Counted from the first letter of the stretch, positions 1 to 10,030 are shown. The stretch is 36,243 nt of DNA from Sediminibacterium sp. (GCA_040374385.1 JBEIUM010000001.1:1-36243); one strand, 5' to 3'. Notes: generated by a model not told the origin, from the letters alone. A program made the numbers and translations.

Positions 1-1
1 G

Positions 2-421
2 GGAGGTCCGAACGGATTATTTCCTTGGGGATACAATGGTATGTTCAACACGAATAATTTTACCCGATATTATGCTGAAAATATCGTTGTCTTGTCTTTT
101 GATCCGACCGGAAAAATGGAATGGAGCAATGTGGTGCGGAAATCACAGTTTGACGACAATACCGACGATATGATTGGATATGGGTTGGTTAATACCGGTG
201 ATCAATTGCATTTCTTATTCAATGCTTATGAAAAAAGAATTCAGATTCTTTCCGATCAGAGTATAACTTCAGATGGTCAGCTATTACGGAATCCAACATT
301 AAAAAATTTAGATAAGGGATTTGAGTTCATGCCCAGGTATGCCAAGCAGGTGGGACTGCGACAGGTATTGGTACCCTGTCAGTTCAGGGGCTTCATTTGC
401 TTTGCTAAAATTGACTTTTAA
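2..421 (+). CDS. Conserved hypothetical protein, C-terminal fragment (5' truncated by window edge)
   Basis: The frame of ORF 41..421 is open back to position 2 (GGPNGLFPWGYNGMFNT...). Beta-rich sequence ending ...FICFAKIDF. No recognised catalytic motif. Confidence 0.7.
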   Translation, partial: GGPNGLFPWGYNGMFNTNNFTRYYAENIVVLSFDPTGKMEWSNVVRKSQFDDNTDDMIGYGLVNTGDQLHFLFNAYEKRIQILSDQSITSDGQLLRNPTLKNLDKGFEFMPRYAKQVGLRQVLVPCQFRGFICFAKIDF

Positions 422-430
422 TTTTCGCCG

Positions 431-1414
431 GTGGTATTTTTATTTAGGGATAAGTCACTCATCAATGTTTTTCTGCTCGTCATCCTGAGTGTAGGCGTGC
501 ATGCTCATCTATTACTATCCCCCATTACATTCCTTGCAAATCCTACCACCGGTTGGTTTTCCTACATCATCATTCACTACCTCCAACAATGGCATCCCGC
601 AGTTTTATTTTTTATATTCCAGGGGTTACTTATCTCACTTGCTTTTCGGCTGAATGCACTGTTAGATCATTTGCGGATGTTTCCCACCTCAACCTATTTG
701 CCAGCGCTCACCCTGGTGTTGTTGTCCGGTCTCTTTTCACCCTGGTGCAGCATTACACCGGCGCTTCTTTCTGGTCATCTGGTTTTGTGGATCTTCTCCC
801 GCATCAGTGATCTTTCTCAGGATACAAATACTAAGTCTACAGTATTCAATAATGGTCTACTTCTCGGAGTGGCTGTTTTATGTTACCATCCCCTCATTTT
901 AATTGCCCTGGCCTTTCTCCCGGCTATGGCAGTGGTGAAAAGATTTCGTATCAACGAGTACCTAATTATGGTCCTGGGATTTTTACTCCCTTATTACTTC
1001 ATACTGGCAGGCGCTTTTTTATCGGATAACCTGCCCCTGTTTTTTTATCAGCTACCCCGTTTCTCCCCGGGTTGGCCCATCGATCAACTCGACCAATTCA
1101 AGATGATTTCCTTTTCACTATTGTTGCTCTGTTTTATTTTTGGATTGGGCTATTGGCAGCGCTTTAATGGTCGATTACTGATGCAGACCCGCAATAACTG
1201 GAGCGTACTATTCATTTTTATCATCTTTTCGATATCCCTGCCGTTCCTGATGAGTAAGGAAGGGTTACCGGTACTCTGGCTGATCACCATTCCTTTGAGT
1301 GCATTTTTCTCATCTTCTTTCTCAGTGCCTAGGCGTCTATTGGTACCGAACCTCTTTTTCTGGTTACTGGTGGCACTATCGGTACTGCATAATTGGCTTT
1401 TTATTAAAAAATAG
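431..1414 (+). CDS. Polytopic membrane protein, DUF6427-like (Bacteroidota)
   Basis: 327 aa, GTG start 9 nt after the previous stop, about 9-10 hydrophobic segments. Family assignment is by overall resemblance only. Confidence 0.6.
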   Translation: MVFLFRDKSLINVFLLVILSVGVHAHLLLSPITFLANPTTGWFSYIIIHYLQQWHPAVLFFIFQGLLISLAFRLNALLDHLRMFPTSTYLPALTLVLLSGLFSPWCSITPALLSGHLVLWIFSRISDLSQDTNTKSTVFNNGLLLGVAVLCYHPLILIALAFLPAMAVVKRFRINEYLIMVLGFLLPYYFILAGAFLSDNLPLFFYQLPRFSPGWPIDQLDQFKMISFSLLLLCFIFGLGYWQRFNGRLLMQTRNNWSVLFIFIIFSISLPFLMSKEGLPVLWLITIPLSAFFSSSFSVPRRLLVPNLFFWLLVALSVLHNWLFIKK

Positions 1415-1435
1415 GTCAAGAAGTCCCGTGTTTGT

Positions 1436-1443
1436 TAACTTTG
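1436..1443 (+). promoter_or_regulatory. Bacteroidota -7 promoter element for purQ
   Basis: TAACTTTG matches TAnnTTTG, 36 nt upstream of the purQ ATG. Confidence 0.65.
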
Positions 1444-1479
1444 ACCCGTTCATCATGCTGACTTAATACCACCTACGAT

Positions 1480-2154
1480 ATGAAATTTGGAGTAGTCGTT
1501 TTTCCGGGATCGAATTGTGACAGGGATATGTTTGACGCCCTGCAATATGATTTACAGGTACCTGTTTCCTTTCTTTGGCATAAAGACAGTGATCTGAGTG
1601 CATTTACCACCGATGATTGTATCGTACTCCCGGGTGGTTTCTCTTATGGCGATTATCTGCGATGTGGTGCCATCGCCCGCTTTAGTCCGATGATGCAGTC
1701 CGTGATTCGTTTTGCCAAAGAGGGCGGAAAAGTATTTGGCGTTTGCAATGGGTTTCAGATTTTATGTGAAAGCGGATTGCTGCCGGGTGTCTTATTGCAA
1801 AATATGAATCGTCAGTTCATTTGCAAGAATGTACACATCCGGTCGGCAGCGGGGCCCGTTCTGACCATACCCATTGCACATGGGGAGGGTAGATACCATG
1901 GTGATGAGGAACTGCTGAACGAACTGGAGGCGAATAACCAGGTTATTTTCCGCTATTGTGATGCGGCAGGTAATATCACCGATGCTGCTAATCCTAACGG
2001 GGCTGCCCGCAACATCGCCGGTATTTGTAATAAGGAAAGAAATGTATTTGGTATGATGCCGCACCCGGAAAGGGCTACGGCTGCTACCCTTGGCAACCGC
2101 GATGGATGGCAGGTATTTCAAATGTTAGGGTTGGTTCCTGAGCTGACCGTTTAA
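1480..2154 (+). CDS. purQ: Phosphoribosylformylglycinamidine synthase glutaminase subunit PurQ
   Basis: [30 protein letters not shown] (catalytic Cys), [18 protein letters not shown] (His-Glu of the triad). Confidence 0.97.
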   Translation: MKFGVVVFPGSNCDRDMFDALQYDLQVPVSFLWHKDSDLSAFTTDDCIVLPGGFSYGDYLRCGAIARFSPMMQSVIRFAKEGGKVFGVCNGFQILCESGLLPGVLLQNMNRQFICKNVHIRSAAGPVLTIPIAHGEGRYHGDEELLNELEANNQVIFRYCDAAGNITDAANPNGAARNIAGICNKERNVFGMMPHPERATAATLGNRDGWQVFQMLGLVPELTV

Positions 2155-2164
2155 AATTTATTGT

Positions 2165-2629
2165 ATGAAAAAATTATTGCTTGGACTTTTGTTTTTCGTT
2201 GCTTGGAGTCGCACGGAAGCCCAAATTGAAAATCCGGTGGAATGGACCTTCTCCGCTACTAAAATCAGTGCAGGCGTGTATGATGTGGTGTTGACTGCAC
2301 AAATCGAAAAACCCTGGCACCTCTATTCTCAGTTGACAGGGAAAGGCGGCCCCATTCCTACTTCCATTAATTTTCGCCCCAACCCCTTGCTCCAAATAGC
2401 ACCGGGTAAAGCCAAAGAAATCGGGAAACCTGAAAGAATGCTTGACCCTAACTTTGGTCAACCACCGGTTCCTGTTGTGTATTTCAGCAATGAGGTGCGT
2501 TTTGTTAAGAGAGTGACTGTAAAAGGAAAAGTTAGCACCAATATAGGAGGAACTGTGGAGTATATGGTCTGCAACGATAGCAAGTGTCTTCCCCCTACCA
2601 AAAAAACTTTTGATATCAAGCTGAACTGA
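2165..2629 (+). CDS. Stand-alone periplasmic DsbD N-terminal (alpha, Ig-like) domain protein
   Basis: Signal peptide ending TEA|Q. PVEW, WHLYS, GPIPT and YMVCNDSKCLPP (CxxxxC redox loop typical of DsbD alpha domains). Confidence 0.85.
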   Translation: MKKLLLGLLFFVAWSRTEAQIENPVEWTFSATKISAGVYDVVLTAQIEKPWHLYSQLTGKGGPIPTSINFRPNPLLQIAPGKAKEIGKPERMLDPNFGQPPVPVVYFSNEVRFVKRVTVKGKVSTNIGGTVEYMVCNDSKCLPPTKKTFDIKLN

Positions 2630-2631
2630 TT

Positions 2632-4560
2632 ATGCGTAAACTTTTCGGTTGTTTCATATTGTTTTTCGGCTGGACTACTCAGCTTCTTGCACAAACAGGG
2701 GTAGATACTGCCATCACCTGGAAGTTAGCAGCACAGCGCAGTTCAGATTCAACAGTGGTTTTGACCATTCAAGCTAAACCGGAGAAAGGACTTGCCATTT
2801 TCGGACTCTACGCCGGCTCATCGTTGGGCGGAAATATTCAAATTGATAGCCTATCCAGACCATTGTCATCAAATGATATCCAACTGATCGCGGGTGCTGG
2901 CAAAGAAATTCAGTTACCTGACGATACAACTGTTTATCGGATTTATACTGATTCAGCCACCTGGTCGGTTACCGTCAAGCTGCCGGCTAATCAGCAGGGA
3001 TGGATAACGGGGTCTATTAATTGGTTAGGGAAAAAGGAAGATGCATTTCCCAGTGACACCTATGCTTTCAGGGTAGCCATCCCTGCCATTGAAACAGCAG
3101 CAACATCTTCCGGCGGCTGGTGGCAGATTTTTCTAATCTGCTTCCTTACAGGCTTGTTTGCAGTGATCACACCTTGTGTTTTCCCATTAATTCCGGTGAC
3201 GGTAAGTTATTTCCTTAAAAAAAGCGAAACGCGTGAAGCCGGCTGGCGAAATGCACTTTGGTATTCGCTTTCAATCGTGCTGATCTATACCATCCCAACG
3301 CTGCTGTTGACCTTGATTTTCGGTGATTCCATACTCTATCGTATTTCAGTGAGTCCGGTTTCTAACCTGCTTTTCTTTTTGATATTTCTGCTCTTTGCCA
3401 TTTCTTTCTTTGGGGCTTTCGAAATCAGTTTACCCAATAGCTGGGCAAATAAAGCCGATAATCGTGCTGGTAAAGGTGGATTGGGCGGTATATTTTTTAT
3501 GGCCTTAACCCTGGTTATTGTTTCCTTCTCCTGTACCGGTCCATTGGTGGGTACCCTGCTCGGACAAACCAGTTCCAATGGCGTGGGTATTGCTCCGGTG
3601 CTCGGTATGTTCGGCTTTGGTCTCGGACTGGCGTTGCCTTTCTCTTTGCTGGCGTTCTTTCCTGCTCTGTTACCTGCATTGCCAAAGAGTGGCAGCTGGC
3701 TGAATGCTGTTAAAGTTTGTTTCGGCTTTATTGAGCTGGCACTGGCATTAAAATTCCTTTCCAATGTTGATCTGTCCTATCATTGGGGCATATTAGACCG
3801 GGACGTGTTTTTGGTCTTATGGATCGTGATTTTCGGACTCATGAGTTTATATCTGCTTGGAAAAATTCGTTTCTCCCATGACAGTGAACTCAAATACCTG
3901 ACTGTCCCCAGGTTCTTTTTGGCTTTATTGTCGCTCTCATTTACTATTTATATGATTCCCGGATTATGGGGCGCTCCGTTGAATGCGCTCAGCGGGTTTA
4001 TACCGCCGGCGGTCACGCAGGATTTCAACCTGAATAATATTCAATACCAGACATCGGTTGCAGCACCCGGCACTAACCTGGCTAAGCCTCCCATCAAGTA
4101 TACCGATAAGTTGAAAGTGCCTTTCGGATTAACAGCTTATTTTGATTTAGAGGAAGGGATGGCAGCTGCTCGTCTTTTAAAAAAACCGGTGATGTTGGAT
4201 TTTACAGGCCACACTTGTGCCAATTGCCGAAAGATGGAAGAGCAGGTATGGAAACAACCGGAAGTTTTATCACGCATCAAACAGGACTTTGTTCTTATTA
4301 GTCTTTTTGTAGATGAAAGCGCCCGACTGCCTGTCGAAGAGCAGTTCAAGACGCCGGATGGTGATATGGTAACCACGGTGGGGGAGAAAAATCTTGCCTA
4401 CGAAAAAGCGAAGTTTGGTATCAATGCCCAGCCGCTCTATATGTTTCTCGACATAAAAGGGGAGCCACTTTCAGATGTGAAGTATGGATATGATCCTGAT
4501 GTTAGCCGTTTTCTGGCGCACCTTGAAAGTGTAAAGCAGGAATTTGCAAGAAGAAAATAA
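2632..4560 (+). CDS. dsbD: Thiol:disulfide interchange protein DsbD/CcdA family with C-terminal thioredoxin domain
   Basis: Signal peptide LLA|Q. Transmembrane catalytic Cys motifs TPCVFP and SFSCTGP, LPKSGSWL. C-terminal DFTGHTCANCRKME (CxxC). Starts 2 nt after the previous stop. Confidence 0.92.
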   Translation: MRKLFGCFILFFGWTTQLLAQTGVDTAITWKLAAQRSSDSTVVLTIQAKPEKGLAIFGLYAGSSLGGNIQIDSLSRPLSSNDIQLIAGAGKEIQLPDDTTVYRIYTDSATWSVTVKLPANQQGWITGSINWLGKKEDAFPSDTYAFRVAIPAIETAATSSGGWWQIFLICFLTGLFAVITPCVFPLIPVTVSYFLKKSETREAGWRNALWYSLSIVLIYTIPTLLLTLIFGDSILYRISVSPVSNLLFFLIFLLFAISFFGAFEISLPNSWANKADNRAGKGGLGGIFFMALTLVIVSFSCTGPLVGTLLGQTSSNGVGIAPVLGMFGFGLGLALPFSLLAFFPALLPALPKSGSWLNAVKVCFGFIELALALKFLSNVDLSYHWGILDRDVFLVLWIVIFGLMSLYLLGKIRFSHDSELKYLTVPRFFLALLSLSFTIYMIPGLWGAPLNALSGFIPPAVTQDFNLNNIQYQTSVAAPGTNLAKPPIKYTDKLKVPFGLTAYFDLEEGMAAARLLKKPVMLDFTGHTCANCRKMEEQVWKQPEVLSRIKQDFVLISLFVDESARLPVEEQFKTPDGDMVTTVGEKNLAYEKAKFGINAQPLYMFLDIKGEPLSDVKYGYDPDVSRFLAHLESVKQEFARRK

Positions 4561-4568
4561 TCAATGTA

Positions 4569-5153
4569 TCAGAGAGCAATCTGCTTTTCTGCCATCAGTT
4601 TTCTCAGATTAATCAAGCCATAGCGCATACGTCCCAGTGCCGTGTTAATACTGCAATTCGTGATCTGGGCGATTTCTTTAAAGCTCAGGTTGGCATAGTG
4701 TCGTAACACAATGATCTCTCTTTGTTCTTCCGGAAGCAGATCGAGCATCATACGAACGCGGTCGTGGGACTGGCTTTGCATCATTTTGGTGTCAGCGGCA
4801 TCTTCCGATAACTGAATAACATCGAAAATGTCTGAATGCTCACTGGTTTTCACCGATGGGTTGCGTTTTACTTTTCTGAAATAGTCCAGACAAAGGTTGC
4901 GGGCGATGCGAAGCGCCCAGGGTAAAAACTTACCTTCTTCCGTGTATCGCTTATTTTGAAGGGTATCGATGATTTTGATGAATACATCCTGAAAAAGATC
5001 TTCCGCCAGGTAATTGTCTTTTACATAAAACAGTAGGGACGAATAGACCTTGTCCTTATAGCGATTGATCAGTACCTCCACAGCTTGGGCATCGCCCTCC
5101 TGAAAGGCTTTGATCAATTCCGTATCCGAGACCTGGCTCATTTCTTTCCTCAT
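4569..5153 (-). CDS. RNA polymerase ECF-type sigma-70 factor
   Basis: Region 2 AEDLFQDVFIK...WALRIARNLCLDYFRK. Region 4 LPEEQREII.LR....SFKEIA.....INTALGRMRY. 194 aa with no region 3. Confidence 0.93.
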   Translation of the reverse strand: MRKEMSQVSDTELIKAFQEGDAQAVEVLINRYKDKVYSSLLFYVKDNYLAEDLFQDVFIKIIDTLQNKRYTEEGKFLPWALRIARNLCLDYFRKVKRNPSVKTSEHSDIFDVIQLSEDAADTKMMQSQSHDRVRMMLDLLPEEQREIIVLRHYANLSFKEIAQITNCSINTALGRMRYGLINLRKLMAEKQIAL

Positions 5154-5388
5154 TTCCCTGTAGGTTCTTTTTTAGGTAGGCCTGATTTTTTAAATAACCA
5201 GACTTAATTTCCTCTGATTCAGGAACAAATTATACATCTTTTAATACCATAAATGACTTGTGGAAAGAAGATAAACGCTCAGAAAGGTTATTCACATTCC
5301 GGAATTTTCAGGCCGCGGAAGAATTCTCCCGACAACTTCCTTACCGGGGCAACAATGGCGCGTTTAATATGTTTATTTTGCAGCGATT

Positions 5389-8217
5389 ATGGCAAGGCAA
5401 TCAACACGTGTAAAAGCACCTCCAAAGAAAATAGTACCCGATAACATTGAGATCAGGGGTGCCCGCGTGCACAACCTTCGGGATGTTACGGTCAGCATAC
5501 CCCGCGGAAAGTTGGTCGTTGTGACGGGGGTTTCCGGGAGCGGCAAATCTTCTTTAACGATCGATACGCTCTTTGCCGAGGGTCAGCGTCGATATGCCGA
5601 GAGCCTGAGTGCTTATGCCCGGCAATTTATGGCCCGGATGGAGAAACCGGATGTGGATGATATCAAAGGCCTTTGTCCGGCAATAGCAATCGAGCAAAAA
5701 GTGATCACGCGTACGCCCCGAAGTACGGTTGGTAGCATGACAGAAATATATGATTACCTGCGTCTGCTATTTGCCCGCGTAGGAAAAACCATTTCTCCGA
5801 TTAGTGGTACTGAGGTGAAAAAGAGTGATAGCGCAGATGTATTGAAAGCCATTACAGCACAACCTGCCGGCAGCAAAATATTTTTGCTGACCACTTTCCG
5901 GCAACATGCCAACCGACAAACCAGGGAAGAGTTGAATATCCTGATGCAGAAAGGATTTTCACGCATCTACTTGCGCTCGAAAACTGAATCGGTTGTAGTT
6001 CGGATAGAAGAGTGGCTGGAACTGAGTGATAAAGAGCTGGACAAAAAATGCAAGCAGCCTCATCAGCAAGTGTTTGTGCTGGTCGATCGATTCGTTTCCA
6101 AAGACTGGGATGAAGATGATCGGCATCGGATGAATGATTCGATCACCACAGCTTTTTATGAGGGTGAGGGTAAAGTGTGGTTAGAGACCGGAGGGGATGA
6201 ATTATTGGTATTTACCAATCAATTGGAGGCAGATGGTATGCGATTTGAAGATCCGGTACCCAATCTTTTCTCCTTCAATAATCCATATGGTGCTTGTCCG
6301 CTATGCGAAGGTTTCAGTCAAGTACTGGGAATCGATGAAGACCTGGTTATTCCCGATAAACAACTCAGCCTATATGAGGGTGCCGTTGCTCCCTGGAAAG
6401 GTGAAAAACTTGGTTGGTGGAAAGAACAGTTCATCAAAGGCGCAGGTAGTATTGGCTTTCCTATTCACAAGCCAATAGTAGATTGTACGCCCCAGCAGTA
6501 TAAAATGTTGTGGGAGGGGTCAGGTAAAGTGTATGGTATTCATGACTTCTTTAAAGAGGTAGAACAAAACCTCTATAAAGTGCAGTATCGGGTATTGCTC
6601 AGCAGATATCGTGGGCGAACAACCTGTACCTCCTGCTCCGGTTATCGGTTAAGAAAGGAGGCTTTGTATGTAAAGATTGGGGGCCACCACATAGGAGAAC
6701 TTTGTGAATGGCAGGTCAGGGATCTTCAAGCCTGGATAATAGAGATTCGTTGGACGGATACGGAACTGGCCATTGCCCGCAGGATATTGATTGAGATTGA
6801 GCAGCGCCTGCAAACCATGCTCGATGTTGGACTGGGCTATCTAACGCTGAATCGTCTCGCTAACTCTTTAAGCGGCGGCGAAAGCCAACGCATTCAATTG
6901 ACCCGCAGTCTGGGTAGTAATCTGACAGATTCGCTTTATATTTTAGACGAACCTTCCATCGGTTTACATGCGCGCGATACCGGACGACTCATTCGGGTTC
7001 TTCAGTCGCTTCGTAACCTGGGAAATACCGTGGTTGTGGTGGAACACGATGAAATGATGATGAGAGAAGCCGACTATATCATTGATATGGGTCCGCTGGC
7101 CTCTCATCTGGGAGGTCGTGTAGTGGCAGCAGGAACGTATAAAGATATCATTGGCAATCTCGATAGCCTGACAGGTGCTTATCTATCCGGACAACGAACA
7201 ATCGATGCACCCAAAACGGTAAGAAAATGGAACAATAGTATTTGGGTCAAACAAGCTCGTCAAAATAATCTAAAAGGTATATCGGTTCAATTTCCTTTAA
7301 ATGTTCTCTGTGTGGTAAGTGGGGTAAGTGGAAGTGGTAAAACTACCTTGGTAAAGCAAATTCTTGTTCCCGCCTTGCGCAAGCTGAAAGGAGAGGGTAC
7401 TGAAAAGCCCGGGCTCCACAAGGAATTGACCGGAGATGTAGATCAAGTAGATCATGTCGAAATGATTGACCAGCATCCCATCGGTAAATCATCGCGCAGT
7501 AACCCGGTCACTTACATCAAAGCCTGGGATCCCATCCGTGATTTATATGCTAAGCAACCCCTTTCAAAAACGCGCGGTTTCATGCCAAAACACTTTTCCT
7601 TTAATGTAGATGGCGGTCGCTGTGATACCTGCAAGGGGGAAGGGGAACAATTGGTAGAGATGCAATTTTTAGCTGATGTTCACCTGGTATGTGAATCTTG
7701 CAGGGGGAAACGTTTTAAAGATGAAGTGCTTGAAGTTACCTTCCGTCAGAAAAGCATATTTGATGTTTTGGATATGAGTGTAGATGATGCCCTCCAGTTT
7801 TTTGAAGGCGAGAAGTCAATAGCAGCTGCCATTCAGCCACTGCAGGATGTTGGACTCGGCTACATCAAATTAGGTCAAAGTAGTGATACACTCAGCGGTG
7901 GTGAAGCACAGCGGGTCAAGCTGGCCAGTTTTCTGGGAAAAGGCCGCGGCATCGGAAAAATCTTATTTGTTTTTGATGAACCTACTACCGGACTTCATTT
8001 TCATGACATCCATAAACTATTGGCTTCGTTTCATGCACTGATCGGACAGGGGCATTCGGTTCTGGTGATTGAGCATAACTTAGATGTGATCCGTTGCTCA
8101 GACTGGGTGATTGAGCTTGGTCCTGATGCGGGCGATGGTGGCGGCGAATTGGTATATGCCGGCGTACCTGCAGGGCTAAAGAAAGAAAAGAAAAGCTTTA
8201 CAGGGCAGTTTCTATAA
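5389..8217 (+). CDS. uvrA: Excinuclease ABC subunit UvrA
   Basis: GARVHNL, two Walker A motifs (GVSGSGKSS, GVSGSGKTT), EGQRRY.ESLS.YARQF, two LSGGE signatures, LDEP and FDEPTTGLH, CxxC zinc motifs. Confidence 0.97.
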   Translation: MARQSTRVKAPPKKIVPDNIEIRGARVHNLRDVTVSIPRGKLVVVTGVSGSGKSSLTIDTLFAEGQRRYAESLSAYARQFMARMEKPDVDDIKGLCPAIAIEQKVITRTPRSTVGSMTEIYDYLRLLFARVGKTISPISGTEVKKSDSADVLKAITAQPAGSKIFLLTTFRQHANRQTREELNILMQKGFSRIYLRSKTESVVVRIEEWLELSDKELDKKCKQPHQQVFVLVDRFVSKDWDEDDRHRMNDSITTAFYEGEGKVWLETGGDELLVFTNQLEADGMRFEDPVPNLFSFNNPYGACPLCEGFSQVLGIDEDLVIPDKQLSLYEGAVAPWKGEKLGWWKEQFIKGAGSIGFPIHKPIVDCTPQQYKMLWEGSGKVYGIHDFFKEVEQNLYKVQYRVLLSRYRGRTTCTSCSGYRLRKEALYVKIGGHHIGELCEWQVRDLQAWIIEIRWTDTELAIARRILIEIEQRLQTMLDVGLGYLTLNRLANSLSGGESQRIQLTRSLGSNLTDSLYILDEPSIGLHARDTGRLIRVLQSLRNLGNTVVVVEHDEMMMREADYIIDMGPLASHLGGRVVAAGTYKDIIGNLDSLTGAYLSGQRTIDAPKTVRKWNNSIWVKQARQNNLKGISVQFPLNVLCVVSGVSGSGKTTLVKQILVPALRKLKGEGTEKPGLHKELTGDVDQVDHVEMIDQHPIGKSSRSNPVTYIKAWDPIRDLYAKQPLSKTRGFMPKHFSFNVDGGRCDTCKGEGEQLVEMQFLADVHLVCESCRGKRFKDEVLEVTFRQKSIFDVLDMSVDDALQFFEGEKSIAAAIQPLQDVGLGYIKLGQSSDTLSGGEAQRVKLASFLGKGRGIGKILFVFDEPTTGLHFHDIHKLLASFHALIGQGHSVLVIEHNLDVIRCSDWVIELGPDAGDGGGELVYAGVPAGLKKEKKSFTGQFL

Positions 8218-8245
8218 AAGAAGTCAAACGAAAGCGGTTAGTTAC

Positions 8246-8686
8246 TTATCTCAACCTGTTGACACTCTTCACCAGGTGTTCATCCTTATATATTCCGCGA
8301 ATGGCAAGAAAGAAAAGGAAGGGAATCACCATTACCACCAGCGCCGTTAGATCGAGCGTGCCTTGTCCTGCCAGAAATTGGCGCGTCTCTCTGTAATAGA
8401 GAAAAATAAGCCCAACAGAGCAAAGCAATCCTGCCAGCGCAACGCGCAACTGGAGGGTGCGATTCTTATAAAGAAAAATACTGATGAGCGCCAGCAGTGC
8501 CATTACGATGGTCACCGCCAATATCAACCAGTTACTCATGCCGGTTAGTTGCGCATAGGGTGGTTCGGGCTGGCCGGCAGCATCCTGTGTAAGCGGTTTT
8601 ATGCCGCTGAAAAAAGAGGTTTGTAGGCTGACAAAAGAAAGGATGGAGGCCAGCAGCAGCCAAATGGTTTGAATTCGCTGTATCAT
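8246..8686 (-). CDS. DUF4293 family membrane protein
   Basis: N-terminal MIQRIQTIWLLLA and C-terminal LAIRGIYKDEHLVKSVNRLR are characteristic of this Bacteroidota family. Four hydrophobic segments. Confidence 0.85.
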   Translation of the reverse strand: MIQRIQTIWLLLASILSFVSLQTSFFSGIKPLTQDAAGQPEPPYAQLTGMSNWLILAVTIVMALLALISIFLYKNRTLQLRVALAGLLCSVGLIFLYYRETRQFLAGQGTLDLTALVVMVIPFLFFLAIRGIYKDEHLVKSVNRLR

Positions 8687-8728
8687 ATCACTAAGTTAGT
8701 GTTTTTCAGTTCTACTAAAACAGCGTAC

Positions 8729-10009
8729 TTACCCCAGTTCCGGATAGAGCGGAAACTGTGACATGAATTCATTTACCTGTTTTCTGATTCCAACAATTGC
8801 TGCACTGTCATCTGCCTGCATCAGTATGCGGTCAATGCAATCTACCACAAACTCCATATGTTGTTCTTTCATGCCGCGGGTGGTGATGGCAGGAACACCG
8901 AGCCGGATACCGGAAGTTACGAAGGCACTCTTGTCGTCGTACGGCACCATGTTTTTATTGGCGGTAATATCTGCTTGCACCAGCACCTGTTCGGCTTTTT
9001 TACCGCTGATATTTTTATTGCGCAGGTCGATCAATACCAGGTGGTTGTCGGTACCGCCACTGATGATTTGATAATCACGTTTGTTCAAAGCAGCGGCCAT
9101 AGCCTGTGCGTTGTTCACCATTTGCTGCGCATAGGCTCCGAATTCATCTGTCAATATTTCTCCAAACGCTACGGCTTTAGCTGCGATCACATGTTCCAAC
9201 GGACCGCCCTGTATGCCGGGGAATACAGCCAGATCGAGCAGGTTGCTCATCATGCGCAGATTTCCTTTCACATCTTTTAATCCAAATGGATTCTCGAAAT
9301 CCTTCCGCATCATGATAATTCCACCTCTCGGACCACGCAGTGTTTTATGTGTAGTGGATGTAACGATGTGGCAATAATCAAATGGGTCATTCAATAATTT
9401 CTTAGCAATCAATCCTGCCGGATGAGCAATATCTGCCTGCACAAAAGCACCGATTTCATCGGCAATCGCACGTATGCGAGCATAGTCCCAGTCACGGCTA
9501 TAAGCACTTGCACCGCAGATGATGAGTTTTGGGCGATGTTTTCTGGCTTGTTCTGCGAGTTGTTCATAATCAACCAGTCCCTCTTCCCGGGTTACGCTAT
9601 AAAAATGTGGTTGGTATAACTTGCCACTGTAGTTCACGGCCGAACCATGGGTCAGGTGCCCTCCCATGCTTAGATCTAGTCCGAGAATGGGATCTCCGGG
9701 CTGCAATAAAGCCAGGGCAACCGCAGCATTAGCCTGCGCACCACTGTGTGGTTGTACGTTGGCATAATCAATACCAAAAACGGCTTTTAATCGGTCAATA
9801 GCGAGTTGTTCAGTTTGATCGACAATTTCACATCCGGCATAATAGCGCTTACCCGGATAACCTTCTGCATATTTATTGGTCATCACACCACCCATGGCCT
9901 GCATTACCTGAAGGCTCGTAAAATTTTCAGAGGCGATGAGTTCAATGCCGTGTCTTTGTCTTTCCAGTTCCTGTTGGATCAGGTCAAAAACCACTTTATC
10001 CCGCTGCAT
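8729..10009 (-). CDS. glyA: Serine hydroxymethyltransferase
   Basis: [45 protein letters not shown] (PLP lysine), FPGIQGGP. Confidence 0.99.
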   Translation of the reverse strand: MQRDKVVFDLIQQELERQRHGIELIASENFTSLQVMQAMGGVMTNKYAEGYPGKRYYAGCEIVDQTEQLAIDRLKAVFGIDYANVQPHSGAQANAAVALALLQPGDPILGLDLSMGGHLTHGSAVNYSGKLYQPHFYSVTREEGLVDYEQLAEQARKHRPKLIICGASAYSRDWDYARIRAIADEIGAFVQADIAHPAGLIAKKLLNDPFDYCHIVTSTTHKTLRGPRGGIIMMRKDFENPFGLKDVKGNLRMMSNLLDLAVFPGIQGGPLEHVIAAKAVAFGEILTDEFGAYAQQMVNNAQAMAAALNKRDYQIISGGTDNHLVLIDLRNKNISGKKAEQVLVQADITANKNMVPYDDKSAFVTSGIRLGVPAITTRGMKEQHMEFVVDCIDRILMQADDSAAIVGIRKQVNEFMSQFPLYPELG

Positions 10010-10022
10010 ATAATATTTTTTG

Positions 10023-10030
10023 CAAAGATA
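10023..10030 (-). promoter_or_regulatory. -7 promoter element for glyA
   Basis: TATCTTTG on the minus strand, 13 nt upstream of the ATG at 10009. Confidence 0.7.

Noticed and set aside
1820-1880. PurQ looks slightly short between FICKNV and IPIAHGEG, and purS/purL are not adjacent
   Set aside because: This is a variable surface loop, the catalytic residues are intact, and scattered pur genes are common in Bacteroidota.
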